Shown in pieces: positions 1 to 11,300 of a stretch of 58,329 nt of DNA (positions are counted from its first letter, which is position 1; each line of letters begins with the position of its first letter). The position numbers were made by a program, and so were the translations under genes. The notes under the pieces were generated by a model. That model was not told the DNA's origin. It saw only the letters and a list, made by a program, of their open reading frames with translations, and ran no database searches. The DNA is from a virus (Duplodnaviria > Caudoviricetes): the IMG/VR virus record IMGVR_UViG_3300033997_000384, positions 1 through 58,329 of that record, one strand, 5' to 3'.

Positions 1-1
1 G

Positions 2-1003
2 GCCGCCGACACCGGCTGCCCGGATGGCAAGGGCACGGCCGTGCGCGCCAGCCAGTTCGACGAGATGCGCACCTTTATCGAGGCCAAGGGCATCGCGCCG
101 GACCAGGTGCTGTTCATCGGCGGCGATTTCAACGTGATCCGCGACAGCGCCGAATACCGCGACCTGCTCGAACGCCTGCAGGTGAATGCCCCGGACAGCT
201 ACGCCGGCAGCGACACCACCTTCGACACGCGGCGCAACGGCATCGCCCACTACCAGTACCCGAACCACGCGCCCGAGTACCTGGACTACATCTTCGTCTC
301 GCGCAATCACGCCCAACCGCCGTTCTGGCACAACCAGGCGCTGGATACCCCCTCGCCACGCTGGAGTGTGAACCTGGCGGGCGCCACCTGGCAGTTCCAG
401 GACTACTCCGACCATTCGCCGGTGGCCGCCTTCACCCGCGCCGACGCCGCCACCCCGACCCGCGCGGCCAAGCCGACGGCCAACCGCTATGGCCAAGTCA
501 CCCTGCGCAGCCAGAGCAATGGCAAGACCCTGCGTACCAGCACCAGCAAGGCCAACGACTGGCTGCGCGTCACCGGCGACGGCAGTGAGCCGGAAAGCCT
601 GTTCAGCCTGCGCAACTGGCACTACCCGGTGAGCTTCTGCATCCGCAGTGGCGACTACCTGGAAATCGAGTCCGTGCGCCATCCTGGTCACTGGCTGAAC
701 TGGTGGCTGGGCGGTGGTGGCGGCAATTACGCCTACTACCCCAAGGCGGGCGACTCCTCCAACCAGCTGCGCATCGAGCTGCCGAACAAGCCCGAAGGCT
801 GCCTGGCCGACGGCGATCTGGTGCGCCTGCTGGATCGCGACACGGTGCGCGGCAGCGACTATTACCTGCTGCGCTGGCCCTCCGGCAGCTGGAAGGACCA
901 TCTCTACCTGTGGACCGGCAACCCCGCCGAGGCCGAGCAGTTCCGCGTGCAGCTGAAGCAACCGGCCGAATATGCGGACTGGAGCGGCCAGCTGCGCTAC
1001 TGA
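2..1003 (+). CDS. Host sphingomyelinase C-like phosphodiesterase (EEP superfamily) with C-terminal accessory beta domain; 5'-truncated by window
   Basis: Frame open from window edge; GGDFN, YLDYI and SDH motifs of DNase I/EEP-fold sphingomyelinases. Confidence 0.75.
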   Translation, partial: AADTGCPDGKGTAVRASQFDEMRTFIEAKGIAPDQVLFIGGDFNVIRDSAEYRDLLERLQVNAPDSYAGSDTTFDTRRNGIAHYQYPNHAPEYLDYIFVSRNHAQPPFWHNQALDTPSPRWSVNLAGATWQFQDYSDHSPVAAFTRADAATPTRAAKPTANRYGQVTLRSQSNGKTLRTSTSKANDWLRVTGDGSEPESLFSLRNWHYPVSFCIRSGDYLEIESVRHPGHWLNWWLGGGGGNYAYYPKAGDSSNQLRIELPNKPEGCLADGDLVRLLDRDTVRGSDYYLLRWPSGSWKDHLYLWTGNPAEAEQFRVQLKQPAEYADWSGQLRY

Positions 1004-1009
1004 GACACC

Positions 1010-1035
1010 CCGGCCGATCGGATACGATCGGCCGG
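1010..1035. terminator. Inverted repeat after host gene (terminator-like, no U-tract)
   Basis: CCGGCCGATCG-gata-CGATCGGCCGG, 11-bp perfect stem. Confidence 0.5.
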
Positions 1036-1130
1036 CCCGCCAACGGACGAATCACGGCTGCCTTGCCTGGCGGAAACCGCTACAATCGCGCCCTTTTGCG
1101 CGCAAGCGCCCGCCTTTCAGGAATTCCGCC

Positions 1131-1202
1131 GTGATCTCCACCGCCAACATCACCATGCAGTTTTCCATGGTGTTTCTTGGTGGCTCATGCGTGGATTTAT
1201 AA
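1131..1202 (+). pseudogene. Displaced native 5' end of the ABC-F gene at attL ([11 protein letters not shown] fused to 12 phage-encoded codons)
   Basis: First 11 codons encode the same peptide as 58017-58049; TACAAT -10-like box at 1081-1086. Confidence 0.85.
1149..1162 (+). repeat. attL core ATCACCATGCAGTT
   Basis: Identical to 58035-58048; extends to a 32-bp repeat (1131-1162 vs 58017-58048) with 4 mismatches. Confidence 0.9.
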
Positions 1203-1251
1203 GGCCTCCAGCCCCCTCGCCCCACCAGAAACACCCCGCAAAACGCAGCTT

Positions 1252-1279
1252 TGCCCCAAAAAATGCCCCAAGCTGCCCC
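1252..1279 (+). repeat. Putative integrase arm-type sites (three TGCCCC repeats)
   Basis: TGCCCCAAAAAATGCCCCAAGCTGCCCC ~90 bp inside attL; same motif near attR. Confidence 0.65.
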
Positions 1280-1316
1280 CACTTCTCGCCCGTTCTGGGC
1301 AGCCTCCCGCGACTCC

Positions 1317-1571
1317 CTATTGCTCGGCCTTCTTCTCCGGTACCGACGGCGCCCCAGGCAACACAGAGACAACAGCCTTAGACACCATCACCTGGCTTTG
1401 CAGGCGATTCTGCATCTCCCGCAAGCACTCGTCCGAGTAGCTCCTAACTCCCTCGCGAAGGCAATCACCTGCCACCTCCAGCGAGTCGACGTAAGCCTTA
1501 GCCATCGGAATGCCTACCGCGGCAGCAATCCCACCCATCACGATTCCGTAAAGCCATCCCATCGAGCTCAT
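1317..1571 (-). CDS. Small protein with N-terminal hydrophobic segment (moron)
   Basis: 84 aa, WLYGIVMGGIAAAVGIP, GGAG upstream of the start. Confidence 0.5.
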   Translation of the reverse strand: MSSMGWLYGIVMGGIAAAVGIPMAKAYVDSLEVAGDCLREGVRSYSDECLREMQNRLQSQVMVSKAVVSVLPGAPSVPEKKAEQ

Positions 1572-1732
1572 TACCGCTCCCGTTATCTGACGTGCCCCGA
1601 CGGCACAATGCCAGCATAACTCTTTTATTGGCGCTTTTTTGTTGACGCAGCGAGGCCGAGATACCTAGGGCCTGGCACTTGGCCATGACCGGCCCTATTC
1701 TCAGCAGCTCCACCACCAGCAAGGAGCACCCC

Positions 1733-2083
1733 ATGAAACGAATCATCGCCGGCCTGGCCCTCTGCCTCGCAACCGCCACGCCCGCCTTCGCCGCCTGTTA
1801 CGGCTCCGACAGTTTCAGCACCTGCACCGATAACGCCGGCAACACCTACAACGTCCAGCGCTACGGCAACACCACGAACGTGCAGGGGTACGGCGCCAAC
1901 GGCTCAACCTGGAACCAGACCAGCAACACCATCGGCAACACGACCTACCACAACGGGACCGCGGCCGACGGCGGGAGCTGGAACGGCACCAGCACCAACA
2001 TCGGCGGTACCACTTACAACAGCGGCACCGACTCGGATGGCAACGCCTACCAGTCGACGTGCAACCAATTCGGCTGCTACTGA
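1733..2083 (+). CDS. Secreted/periplasmic Asn-Gly-Thr-rich protein with terminal Cys pairs (moron)
   Basis: AAGGAG RBS, signal peptide MKRIIAGLALCLATATPAFA, GNT(T)Y-type repeats. Confidence 0.8.
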   Translation: MKRIIAGLALCLATATPAFAACYGSDSFSTCTDNAGNTYNVQRYGNTTNVQGYGANGSTWNQTSNTIGNTTYHNGTAADGGSWNGTSTNIGGTTYNSGTDSDGNAYQSTCNQFGCY

Positions 2084-2320
2084 ATGACCTTGATCGACTT
2101 CGGGGCCGGGGTAACCGGCCTCCTGTTTCTGGGCGGCCTGGTGATGACCCAGATGCCCAGACACTGGCAGACCACCCGCGGCTGGCTGCTGATCAGCCTG
2201 GCCGGCATCCCCCTCTTCTGCATGGCCATCGCCATCATGGTGAAGGTGCCTATGCTCCTGTTCGGCGTCATGGCCATGGCCTGCTTCCATGCAGGCCGCA
2301 GCAGCCGCTGGCGGCGCTGA
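2084..2320 (+). CDS. Small integral membrane protein
   Basis: 78 aa, 2-3 hydrophobic segments, starts immediately after upstream stop. Confidence 0.65.
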   Translation: MTLIDFGAGVTGLLFLGGLVMTQMPRHWQTTRGWLLISLAGIPLFCMAIAIMVKVPMLLFGVMAMACFHAGRSSRWRR

Positions 2321-5300
2321 TCAGTCGTCGGCGCGCACCGTCTCGATTCGCTTCCCTGCCATCTCCGTCAGCCGGTTCTTGATCACCTGCAGGCGGTCCA
2401 GCTCCCTCCGCTTCCGCTCTCCGTCCCAGGCACTGAGTCGCACGATGTCCATCCGGGCGTTGATCGCGCTCAGCTGTCGCTGCACCTGGCCCAGCGGCTT
2501 GCGCATGGCCAGGATGTCGCGCTTCTCGCCTACCAACTCCCTCGCTTCATCCATACGGCCCAGCTCCTGCAGACGTTTCACGTCGGCATAGACCCGGCCG
2601 GACTCCTTCAATCCCTCGTAGAACAGCGTGCTGTAGCGGTCATACGGCGCCGGCGCGCCCAGGTCCTTGTAGAAACGCCGGATCGGCTGGTACTCGTGCC
2701 AGCGCTTCGCCGGCTCGTCCTCGCCTTTGGCCGTGCGCCAGATGGTGTCGATGATGCCAGCACCCCAACCGCCGACCTGGCCCAGGTAGCCCTGGATCAG
2801 GTGGTCAGCCTGCAGTGGCGACAACGTGAAATCGTCGCCCAGCACCGAGGTAGCCTCGGAAATAAGGTGCGCAGGCGCAGTGGTGCTGGCCCGGGCGCGC
2901 AGCGTCGGGCTGACCTTCTCCATGCCGGCACTCTCGATGGGCCGACCGGTGAAGGCGTCCTTGTTCGCGTACACGTCGAGCGCCGGCTGGAAGGCCTGCG
3001 GCACCGGCGAGAATGCGAAGGTCTGGGTCACCATCGCCCAGAGGCGGTCGCGGAACAGCTTGCCGCTGGCCTTGTCGTCAATGGCCTGCTCGGCCAGGCG
3101 CTCGGCCAGGGTGCTGACGGCGCCCACCTCGAATGGCTTGGGCAGGTTGTATTGGCCGCCGTTGATGAAGAAGACCCAGTAGCTGTCCTTCTCCCAGTCC
3201 TCCAGCTTCCGGTACCTCTCGTCGTCGTGATTGGCCAGGTACAGCATGATGCTCGCGAGCGCCAGGGCGCCGGTTACCACGCCGAAACGGGCAGCAGCCT
3301 GGCGGTCGCTCGCAGTTCCCTGGCCGAATGCGACCAGAACTGATGGCTTCACACCCGAGCGGTAGAGCTTGTCGAGACCCTGCAAGCGCGCATTCAGGAA
3401 CGGCACCACGCGGATCAGGAAACGCACCGCCGGCCAGGCACCTTCCTGGCTGAAGTCCATCAGATCCCGCGCCTCGTAGGCTGCGCGCAGAAGCCCGTGC
3501 TCTTGGTTCTGTGCAAACACCGCAGCCCGGTTAGAGTTCTCTGCAGCGTTGGCGAAGGCGTTGTACGCATCCCAGCCTGCGGTGAGCAGCTGCGGCACCA
3601 GTTTCGGACCATCCACCAGCTTGGCTCCACGCAGTCCACGGCGCAGCCCCGCTTTCACCTCTTCAGGATCCGCGCCGTAGATGTGGCCGAAGCTGAAGGC
3701 TGCGCCGCTGGCCAGCATCCGGGCGCGCTCCTTCTTGTTGGCCCAAGTCATGCCGCCCTGGAACATGTTCACCGTGATGTTCTTGCTGACCGGTGACGTG
3801 GCAGCCGCCTGCATTGTGTCCCGCAGGTAGTTGGCCACGATGAACTGCAGGGTAATCGTGGTCATGTTCGTGAAGACCCGCTTGAACATGGCCATCGCGC
3901 GCACCGCGAAGTTGTTGAGGCCTGGGTCGGCCAGCGAGGTGAGCGCCTCGAAGACCAGGGCGTCGTCCACCTGGTAGAACACACGCTCGCCAGCCTTGAG
4001 CACGAAGGTCGATGACTTCGGGTCGCGCGCCGCCTCCGGCACCTGCTTGGCGATACCCAGCTGTTCGGCGTTGGCGATCGCCTGCTGGGCGGCCTGGTTC
4101 TTCAGGCTCGCGGTCAGCAGGTGATGGAAGTTCATCAGGGTGTTTTCCAGCAGATCGTTCAGATTCTGCTTGCCGCCCTTCAGCTTCTTGTACGCCTCCT
4201 GCCGGCTCAGGCCCTTGGCGGCGCGCGGGCCGGCTGCCTTGGCCTCCTCGTCCATCACCCGGTAGAACGGGACATAGAACTCGTCCCGCCACATGGCGCG
4301 GCTTTCCGGGCTGATGATGCCGGTCTGCTCGGCGATGGCCAGCACGTCGTCCCGGTACTGCTGGAACTCGCGGAACACCTCGTCGTAGACCTTGGAACGC
4401 ACGCGGCCGTCGGCGGTGGTACCGCGGTTGATGCCCTTCAGTGCGGCGATGTCCTTGGCGTCGAAAAGGTTTTCTCGGCCCTCGGCGGCCAGCTTGGCGG
4501 CTCGGTTACCCGCGATCCAGCCCATGAAGCGCTCGATCTCGGCGGCGTCGCCCAGGCGCGAGAACACCTCGCCAAGGCCCATGCTGCCGTCGTCGCGCAT
4601 GCCGATCACCTTCTGCTGCTGGTCCAGCACGATACGACCGTTGTGCATCATGGCGTTGAGCGCGCCCGCGGCGGCCGGCGCCATGCGGGCCAGTACCCAG
4701 GCGCTGGACGTGATCGAGGATTGCAGGAAGTCGGCGCCGTGCAGCTCCTCGTCCATCTCCTTGAGCGCCGCGTACTTGTCGACCAGGCCCCGGCGGAGCT
4801 TGGTCATCAGGCGGTCGGTGTGCTCGCGGTACCAGTCGATGGCGCGCTGGCGAACGGTGCGCGGCGCGATCTTGCGCAGTGCATCCTGCTCGTCGGCATT
4901 CAGGTCGGGGTGGGCATCAGCAACGTGCGGCCGGCGGGCACCGGCCAACGAGTAGAGATTCTCGTCGGGATCTAGATGTGCTTCAGTTCCGGATCGATCC
5001 GCAGCTGCTCCTTCATCCACTCGGAAGAGGCCTTCATCTCGCGCCGCAGCGATTCGATCTCGGAGTCGCTCAGGCGATAGCTGTCCCTTGTCGAACGTGA
5101 GGAGCGTTCGAGCTTCTGATTGGGTGAGGCCTTCGTAGCCGTAGCCGAAGGTGTCACGCCACCAAGGTTCAATGCTGCCGTATTTGCCACGGACTTCCGC
5201 CAGAGTGGATGGATCAAGCGATAGCTTGCGGGAGTAGTTCTTACCGGTCAAGGCGACCGCTCCGACTACCCGACCGCCGTTGTCCTCGATGTGGGTCTTC

Positions 5301-8300
5301 AGCTGGGCCAGGGTGCCGCCCTGGGTCAGGGTGTCATCCAGGATCAGGTAGTCGCCCGCCGCCACCTTGCCTGCGAAGGTCGGCTGGTTGGCGATTCGCT
5401 CCAGGGCGCTGGACTGGGTGCGGCCAACCTTCTCGGCCTGCACCGGCGCCGTATCGGTCTCCAGCCCGAGGCGCTGGGCGAGGACCTCGGCCGCCATCAG
5501 CGGGATTCGGTTCTTTCCTGCACCTTCGACGGCCAGCACCGGCACGATGCGGGGCTGGCTGCCGTCCGGAATCAACGCACGCACCTGCTCCACGAACTCC
5601 GGGGTCACGGCGTCGCGGGCCACGCGCAGCGCGGCGGCGTCGTCGCCGGCCTTAGCCGCCTCGTAGTCCGGGTGGTTGTTCAGGAAGCTGAGCGGGTGCG
5701 CCAGCACAGTATCCGGAAACTCCTTGGACCAGCCGCGGCGGGAGTACAGCACCGCCTGGTCGGCTCCCTGGTGGCCGTTCTGCCGGCGCAGCCAGGCACG
5801 CGACTGCTCGCCCAGGGCGAGGATGTCGGTATAGGTCCAGGGCACCTGGGGGAACAGCTGGCGCAGCAGCTCGCGAATCTTCGAGAGCACACGCTGCAGC
5901 ATGGTCGGGCGGTCGCCGTCCTCGAGGAGATGCGCGACCATCTCCTGCGCCACGAGCACGCGCTGCTGCTTGGCGTCGAGGCGCTCCAGCACAGAGGCAT
6001 AGGCGTCGCGAATCTGACCGATGCGCTGCCGGCCCTTGGCCGTGGCCTGCTGGCTGGAGTAGAGCCGCTCCATGACGGTATCTAGCTCCTCGCCGAGCAA
6101 ACCGCGAATGCCGCGGTGCCCCACCTCTTCATGCACCGCGGTGTAGATCGCATCGGCCAAGCTGCTGTGGTTGCCGGCGACGATGTAGGTTTTCCCAGAG
6201 CTGCGCACACCGCGCAGGTCCTGCGGGGCCACGCCATCACGCTTCGCGCGGGTGCGGGTCGATAGCGGCAGGTCCTCGAAGTCCTGCACCACCTCGACGC
6301 CGGCCAGCTCCGGCGAAGCCTTCAGCGCCTCGCGCAGCTGATCGGCCGACACCTGCACACCTTGCTCGGTGCCCTCCTGCTGTTCGCCGCCCTGGCGATA
6401 CAGCTGGACGCCGGCATCGGTCTCGCGGGTCTCGATGGCATCCACGAGCTTGTCGAAGGCCTGGTTGATTGCCTTGCGCTCTGCACCAGTCGGGAACGGG
6501 CGTTTCCAGCCCCAGGGTGTAGGGATGGCAGCCTGCTCGGGGCCGTAGTTCAGGAACGGGCTGCTGCCACCCTGCTCCGCAACCTTGTCCTCGACGTAGC
6601 CCTGGAAGGCGCGCGCCGCCATCTCGTGCGGCGTGGTCCAGTAGTCGGTACCGCGGCCCTGGTCCAGCTCCTTGGCGTCCATGGCAAATTGAGTCGGCAC
6701 GCGCCGGGTCTTCTGCTCGCCTTCCTGAGCCTCTGCCAGCATCTTCAGGCGAGACGAGTAGTGACCCATGACGCCGCGCAGGCGGTCCAGCTCGCCGTTG
6801 CTGTCGGCGCTGAAGCCACTGCGGCCACGCACGGCCTTGTAGATCGCACTGATCTGCTCCAGTGCGTCGTTGGTCCAGCGCATACCGCTGAAGGCATTAC
6901 GGCGCGACAGCTTCGCGTCCGGCTTCGTAGAGCGAAGCTCTGTCTCCAGCTGCACGCCGTCGAGGATCTGCTGGGCCACGGTATCGAACGCGGCCAGCTG
7001 TTCCGCAGTCGCCGGCTTGTTGTGGCGCTTCCAGTACTTCGGATCTTTCTGCTCGGCCAGGTCGGCGCGCAGGCGGTCCAGACGATCGGCTACCTCCTTG
7101 CGGGAACGGGCCACGAAATTGTCGGCACGGGCGGTGTCCTCCACGTACTGCTCGGCCTTGTGCTGCATGGTGTCCATCAGCTCCTGGTAGGCCAGGCGCA
7201 CCTCCGACCGAACACCGGAGCCGGTCCGCTTGAATCCCGAGCTGACCGCCTCGCGCTCGAAGTTTCCGGAGGTCTTGAGCGAGCGGGTACCGTCCTCGTC
7301 GATCACCCACTCGGCCGAGGCCTTCCCATCCTGACGACCGAAATAGTGGTCAAGGGCGTGGAACCACTCGTGCGCCAGGGAGCCGGCGCCGTTCATCTTG
7401 GTCAGGTTGATCGCCACCTTCCCCGGCTCATAGTGAGCGCGGGCGCCGCTCAGGCCGTGGCCACGAGCACCGAAGGCCAGGGCCAGCTCGCCGTTCAGGC
7501 TGATCGCCTTGGGCGGAATGTCCATTACCTCGGCCAGGTCGAGCAGGCCGTCGTAGGCGTCGTCGAGCAGTTGCTGCCGCTCTTCCTGGTTGTTCCAGTT
7601 GCCGAACTCGACCCCTCGGAAGCCGAAGGTCTCGATAAAGGCGCTGTCCTTGACCGGACCATCACGGCGCGCGGCGCCGATGCGCTGGGCATTCGCCGGC
7701 CGCGGTAGGTCCGCCTCGCCAAAGGTGGTGTTGGTCTCGATGATCTGCTGCGCGTTGAGGGCCATGTATTCCATAGCCGCCTCACGGCTCGGGAATACCT
7801 GGTCAACGACCTTCACGCGCTTGTAATCGCTGATGGTCCGCCAAATCTCGAAGCCATCACCATCGCCCTGACGCTGCGACACGACGCGATGCTTCAGAGC
7901 AACCGCGATCAGCGGGATGGCCTGCTCGGCCTCCTCGCGCGTGGCGTAGCTGCCGACCTTCTTGGGCTGCTTCTTCCAGTCCTTGAGCCGGCTATCGCGC
8001 ACTTCCCAGCGCCCGACATCGGCAGGGTTGGTGCTACTGATCACCTCGGAAATCTCGAACCGACGCGCCCACGCCGGTCGCGTGTCGCTTTCAGCTGTGC
8101 GACCAGTGCGGGGGCCGGTGGATACAGCACGATCCTTGCGCGCACCTCCGATCTTCTCGCCGAAGTCCTCGATCTTGGCCTTCGCCTCGCCACGGGTGCG
8201 CGGCGCGAACATATCGTTCTGCCCACGCGCCTCGGCCACGTCGGCTGGACGATCAGATCCGGTAAGGGTGAAGTCGGCGCGGTCGCGGTCTGCTTGCGCC

Positions 8301-11300
8301 TTTTGCTCGGCCTGGCGTTGTGCCTCGGCCTCTGCCTGCTCGGCCGCCCGCTGCTGGGCGGCCTGCTCCGTCAGGCTTCGCTCGGTCTGCTGTTCGAGTC
8401 CGAATGGTTCGCCTTTGCCAGCTTCTCGCGGGCCAGGTCGCGCAGACGCTCGCTGCTGGCGATCTTGTCCGCCATCAGCTTGCCGTAGGGGCTCTCCTGC
8501 CAAAGCTTCTCGGCCAGCTGCTCCTGCTCCGTACTCAAGGCTTTCGGCTCGGCTTTCTTCTCGCTCGTCATACTCGTCCTCGTAGCGCTGGGCCTCTGCC
8601 AGCAGCTGCTCGTCGTGGGCCTTAGCGGCCTCCAGGTGCTCGCGCACCCTGTTCGCTACATCGACACCATGCTCTTCTTCGACCTGAGCAATATAGGCTT
8701 CAAACCGCTGCTGCTCACGCTCAATCTCGTCAGCATAACGCTGTTGCAGTTCGCGCTCCATCTGCTCCTGCTGCGCCTTCGAGCCGGCAGCGAAATGCGT
8801 GGTGCCATTCAGCTCGTCACGCAGGGCCTGCTGCAACCACGGGACGCCGCCCAGGTTGTCCATCTCGCCGGCGGGAATGTAGCCGTGCTGGTCCAGCAGT
8901 GACGCCATGTCGTCGATACTGGTTCCGGTCTTGTCGCTCCAGAGTGCCCCCACCCCGGGCACATGCTTGTTGCCCTTGCTGTCGCCCGTAGTGTCCTCGC
9001 GCCACTCGGTCTTGAGGCCGCCCAGGCGGATGGTTGCCTGCAGCAGCGAATCGCGGTCCCGATCCACCTTGCGGCGCGGCCCCTTGCTCGCAGCCGGTTT
9101 GGCGCGGCCGGGCTCTTGCCGGGCAGGCGCGGCCGGCTTCGCCAGGTCGCCGCCCTTCAGCCACTGCTTGAACTCCGCCACCGGCATCGCCGAGACCTTG
9201 CCCATCTGCCAGTCGGCGTCGAAGTTGCTGCGGTACGCGGCCACGGCCGACTCCTCGTCGGGGAAGCCGATCATTACCTTGTGCTCGTCGAAACTGCCGT
9301 CCTGCTGGTTGAGCTGGTCGACGACGAACACCTGGCCGCTCTCCTCCTGCGGCCCCAGGTAGACATCCACCTGCTCGCCGTCGGCGCCAGTGGTGCGGCG
9401 GATGTAGCCGTAGTGGTCGCTCATTGTGTGGCGCCACTCGCTACCGTCCTGTCGCCGGCCACTGCGCTCGGAGCCCCGCGGGTTCTCAATGGAGAGTTCC
9501 AGGCCGTGCACCCGGACCTTCCCCTTCTTGTAGTTGCCGGCCTCGATCTGCGCCGCGGTCGGCGCCGCCAGATCGTTGGTCGGTGACGTGGCGGCCTCGT
9601 TGGCCTTCATGTCCAGAGGACGCATCTCGTGGCGCACAGCCTCCGGCTGCACCTGGATGGCATAGCCGCCCTGCACGCGAATAACGCGCGGCTCTCGGCC
9701 GGCAGCGCGGGCCTCACGGAATGCCTTGCTCGCCTCGGCACCCTTGGGCGCGTCGAACGGCTTGCCATTGGGCTTGCGCAGCAGCTCGCCCTGCGAGCGG
9801 TCACGCGGCTGGGCGGTCGGGGCCTGCTGGTCCATGCCGCGGCCACCCTGCACCTGCTCTGTCGGGACCTGCGGCGCTACCGGGCCGCGCTTGGCGTTGC
9901 CCTCGGCGTCCACAACGATGGTCTCAGGCGCCGGCAGCGCAGCGCGCTCCGGCTCGGCGTCGATGGTCACCGGATCGCGCTGCTGTTCTGCCTGCTGCTG
10001 GCGGGCACCGAGCTGCAGCTGGCCCTCCAGCGGGGCCTGTTCCCCGCGCGGGGTCTGCTGATCCATGCCCGGGCCGCCGCCCAGGTTGGCCGGGTCGTTC
10101 TGCGGGTTGACCCAGTTGCGGGCCTGCTGGGCCGGCTGCTGCTCGCCGTCCACGTTGCGCACCGGGCCGGTGTCCTGCACGTTGCCCTGGCTGTCGCCGT
10201 AGAACACCTGCTCCGGTGGCGGCAGGCCAGCCAGGCCTGGCGCTGGCAGCGCCGCCGGCTCGGGCGTGTTCTCGAAATCGGCATCTGCCTCGCCCTGTTG
10301 GCGAGTCGGCGCCTTGCCCTCGCCCATGGCTGCACCGAGGGAGGCATGGCCGGCACCGCCAAGGGCACCCAGTACGGCGTCGCCGAAGGTGTCTGCGGTC
10401 AAGCTGCGCTGCTCGCCGAGCGCTTCGTTGGTCGAAGCCCTGGCAGCCACCGTCTCGGCAACCTCCTGCAGGCCTTCAGCTGGAGCATCGAACACCAGGC
10501 CGGCAGCAAGGCGCTGGCCGACACCACCACCCACCATCTTCTGCAGCGGGCCCAGCGTGAACTGGGTGGCCAGGCCGCCGACGGCGCCGACCGGAGCAGC
10601 GCCGCCAAAGGCCCCGTCGCGGGCGATGATGGCCAGCTTCTGCCGCGCCTCCTCCTCGCTGGCACCTTGACGACGCATCTCCCGATACACCGACGAGTTT
10701 GCCAGCAGGTCAAGGTCAGAGGTTTCGGCGATACGCTGCTCAACCTCATTGGCAGCAGCGCCGCCGGCCTGGAGGCCTCCGGTTGCCATCATGGCGGTGG
10801 ACTGCGCCTGGCCCGACTTACCGCGGGTTGCGATCAGCACGCCGGCTTGTGGAGCAAACTGGCCCACCAGGCCGGCCATCTGCAGGCCGTAGCCCGCTGC
10901 GCTCGGGTCCTCGCCGAAATCCCAGGTTTCAGGGGCCAGAACGTCGCCGGTCGGCGTGCTCTGGGCAAGCGCGTCCTTGGCGGCCTGGCTCTTGCTGTCT
11001 GCGACAGCCTGGCCCTTCTCGTCCAGCCAGCCGCCGGCAGCACGCGCGGCCGGGTCTATGGCGTCGGCGGCCAGCTCACGCAAAGACTTGATCTTGGGCA
11101 GCTCGGTGCCGTCAGGCAGGGTATTCGACAGCCCCCGGTCCTCCGGTCGGACCATATCGCCGACGCCACTGACGATAGCCCCGGTGCCCTTCAGCAGGCC
11201 GGCACCGGCCTCCTTCACGAAGTCCATAGCCCCGACCTCGCCCCGATCGGCTGTCGGCTGCGAGAGAGTTCCGAGCGTGTCCTGGTCGTACAGCTCGCGG

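Noticed and set aside
8041-8226. Possible third nested ORF in the giant gene
   Set aside because: Arg-rich junk-like translation, no clear RBS, no convincing codon-bias switch, overlaps a conserved main-frame motif
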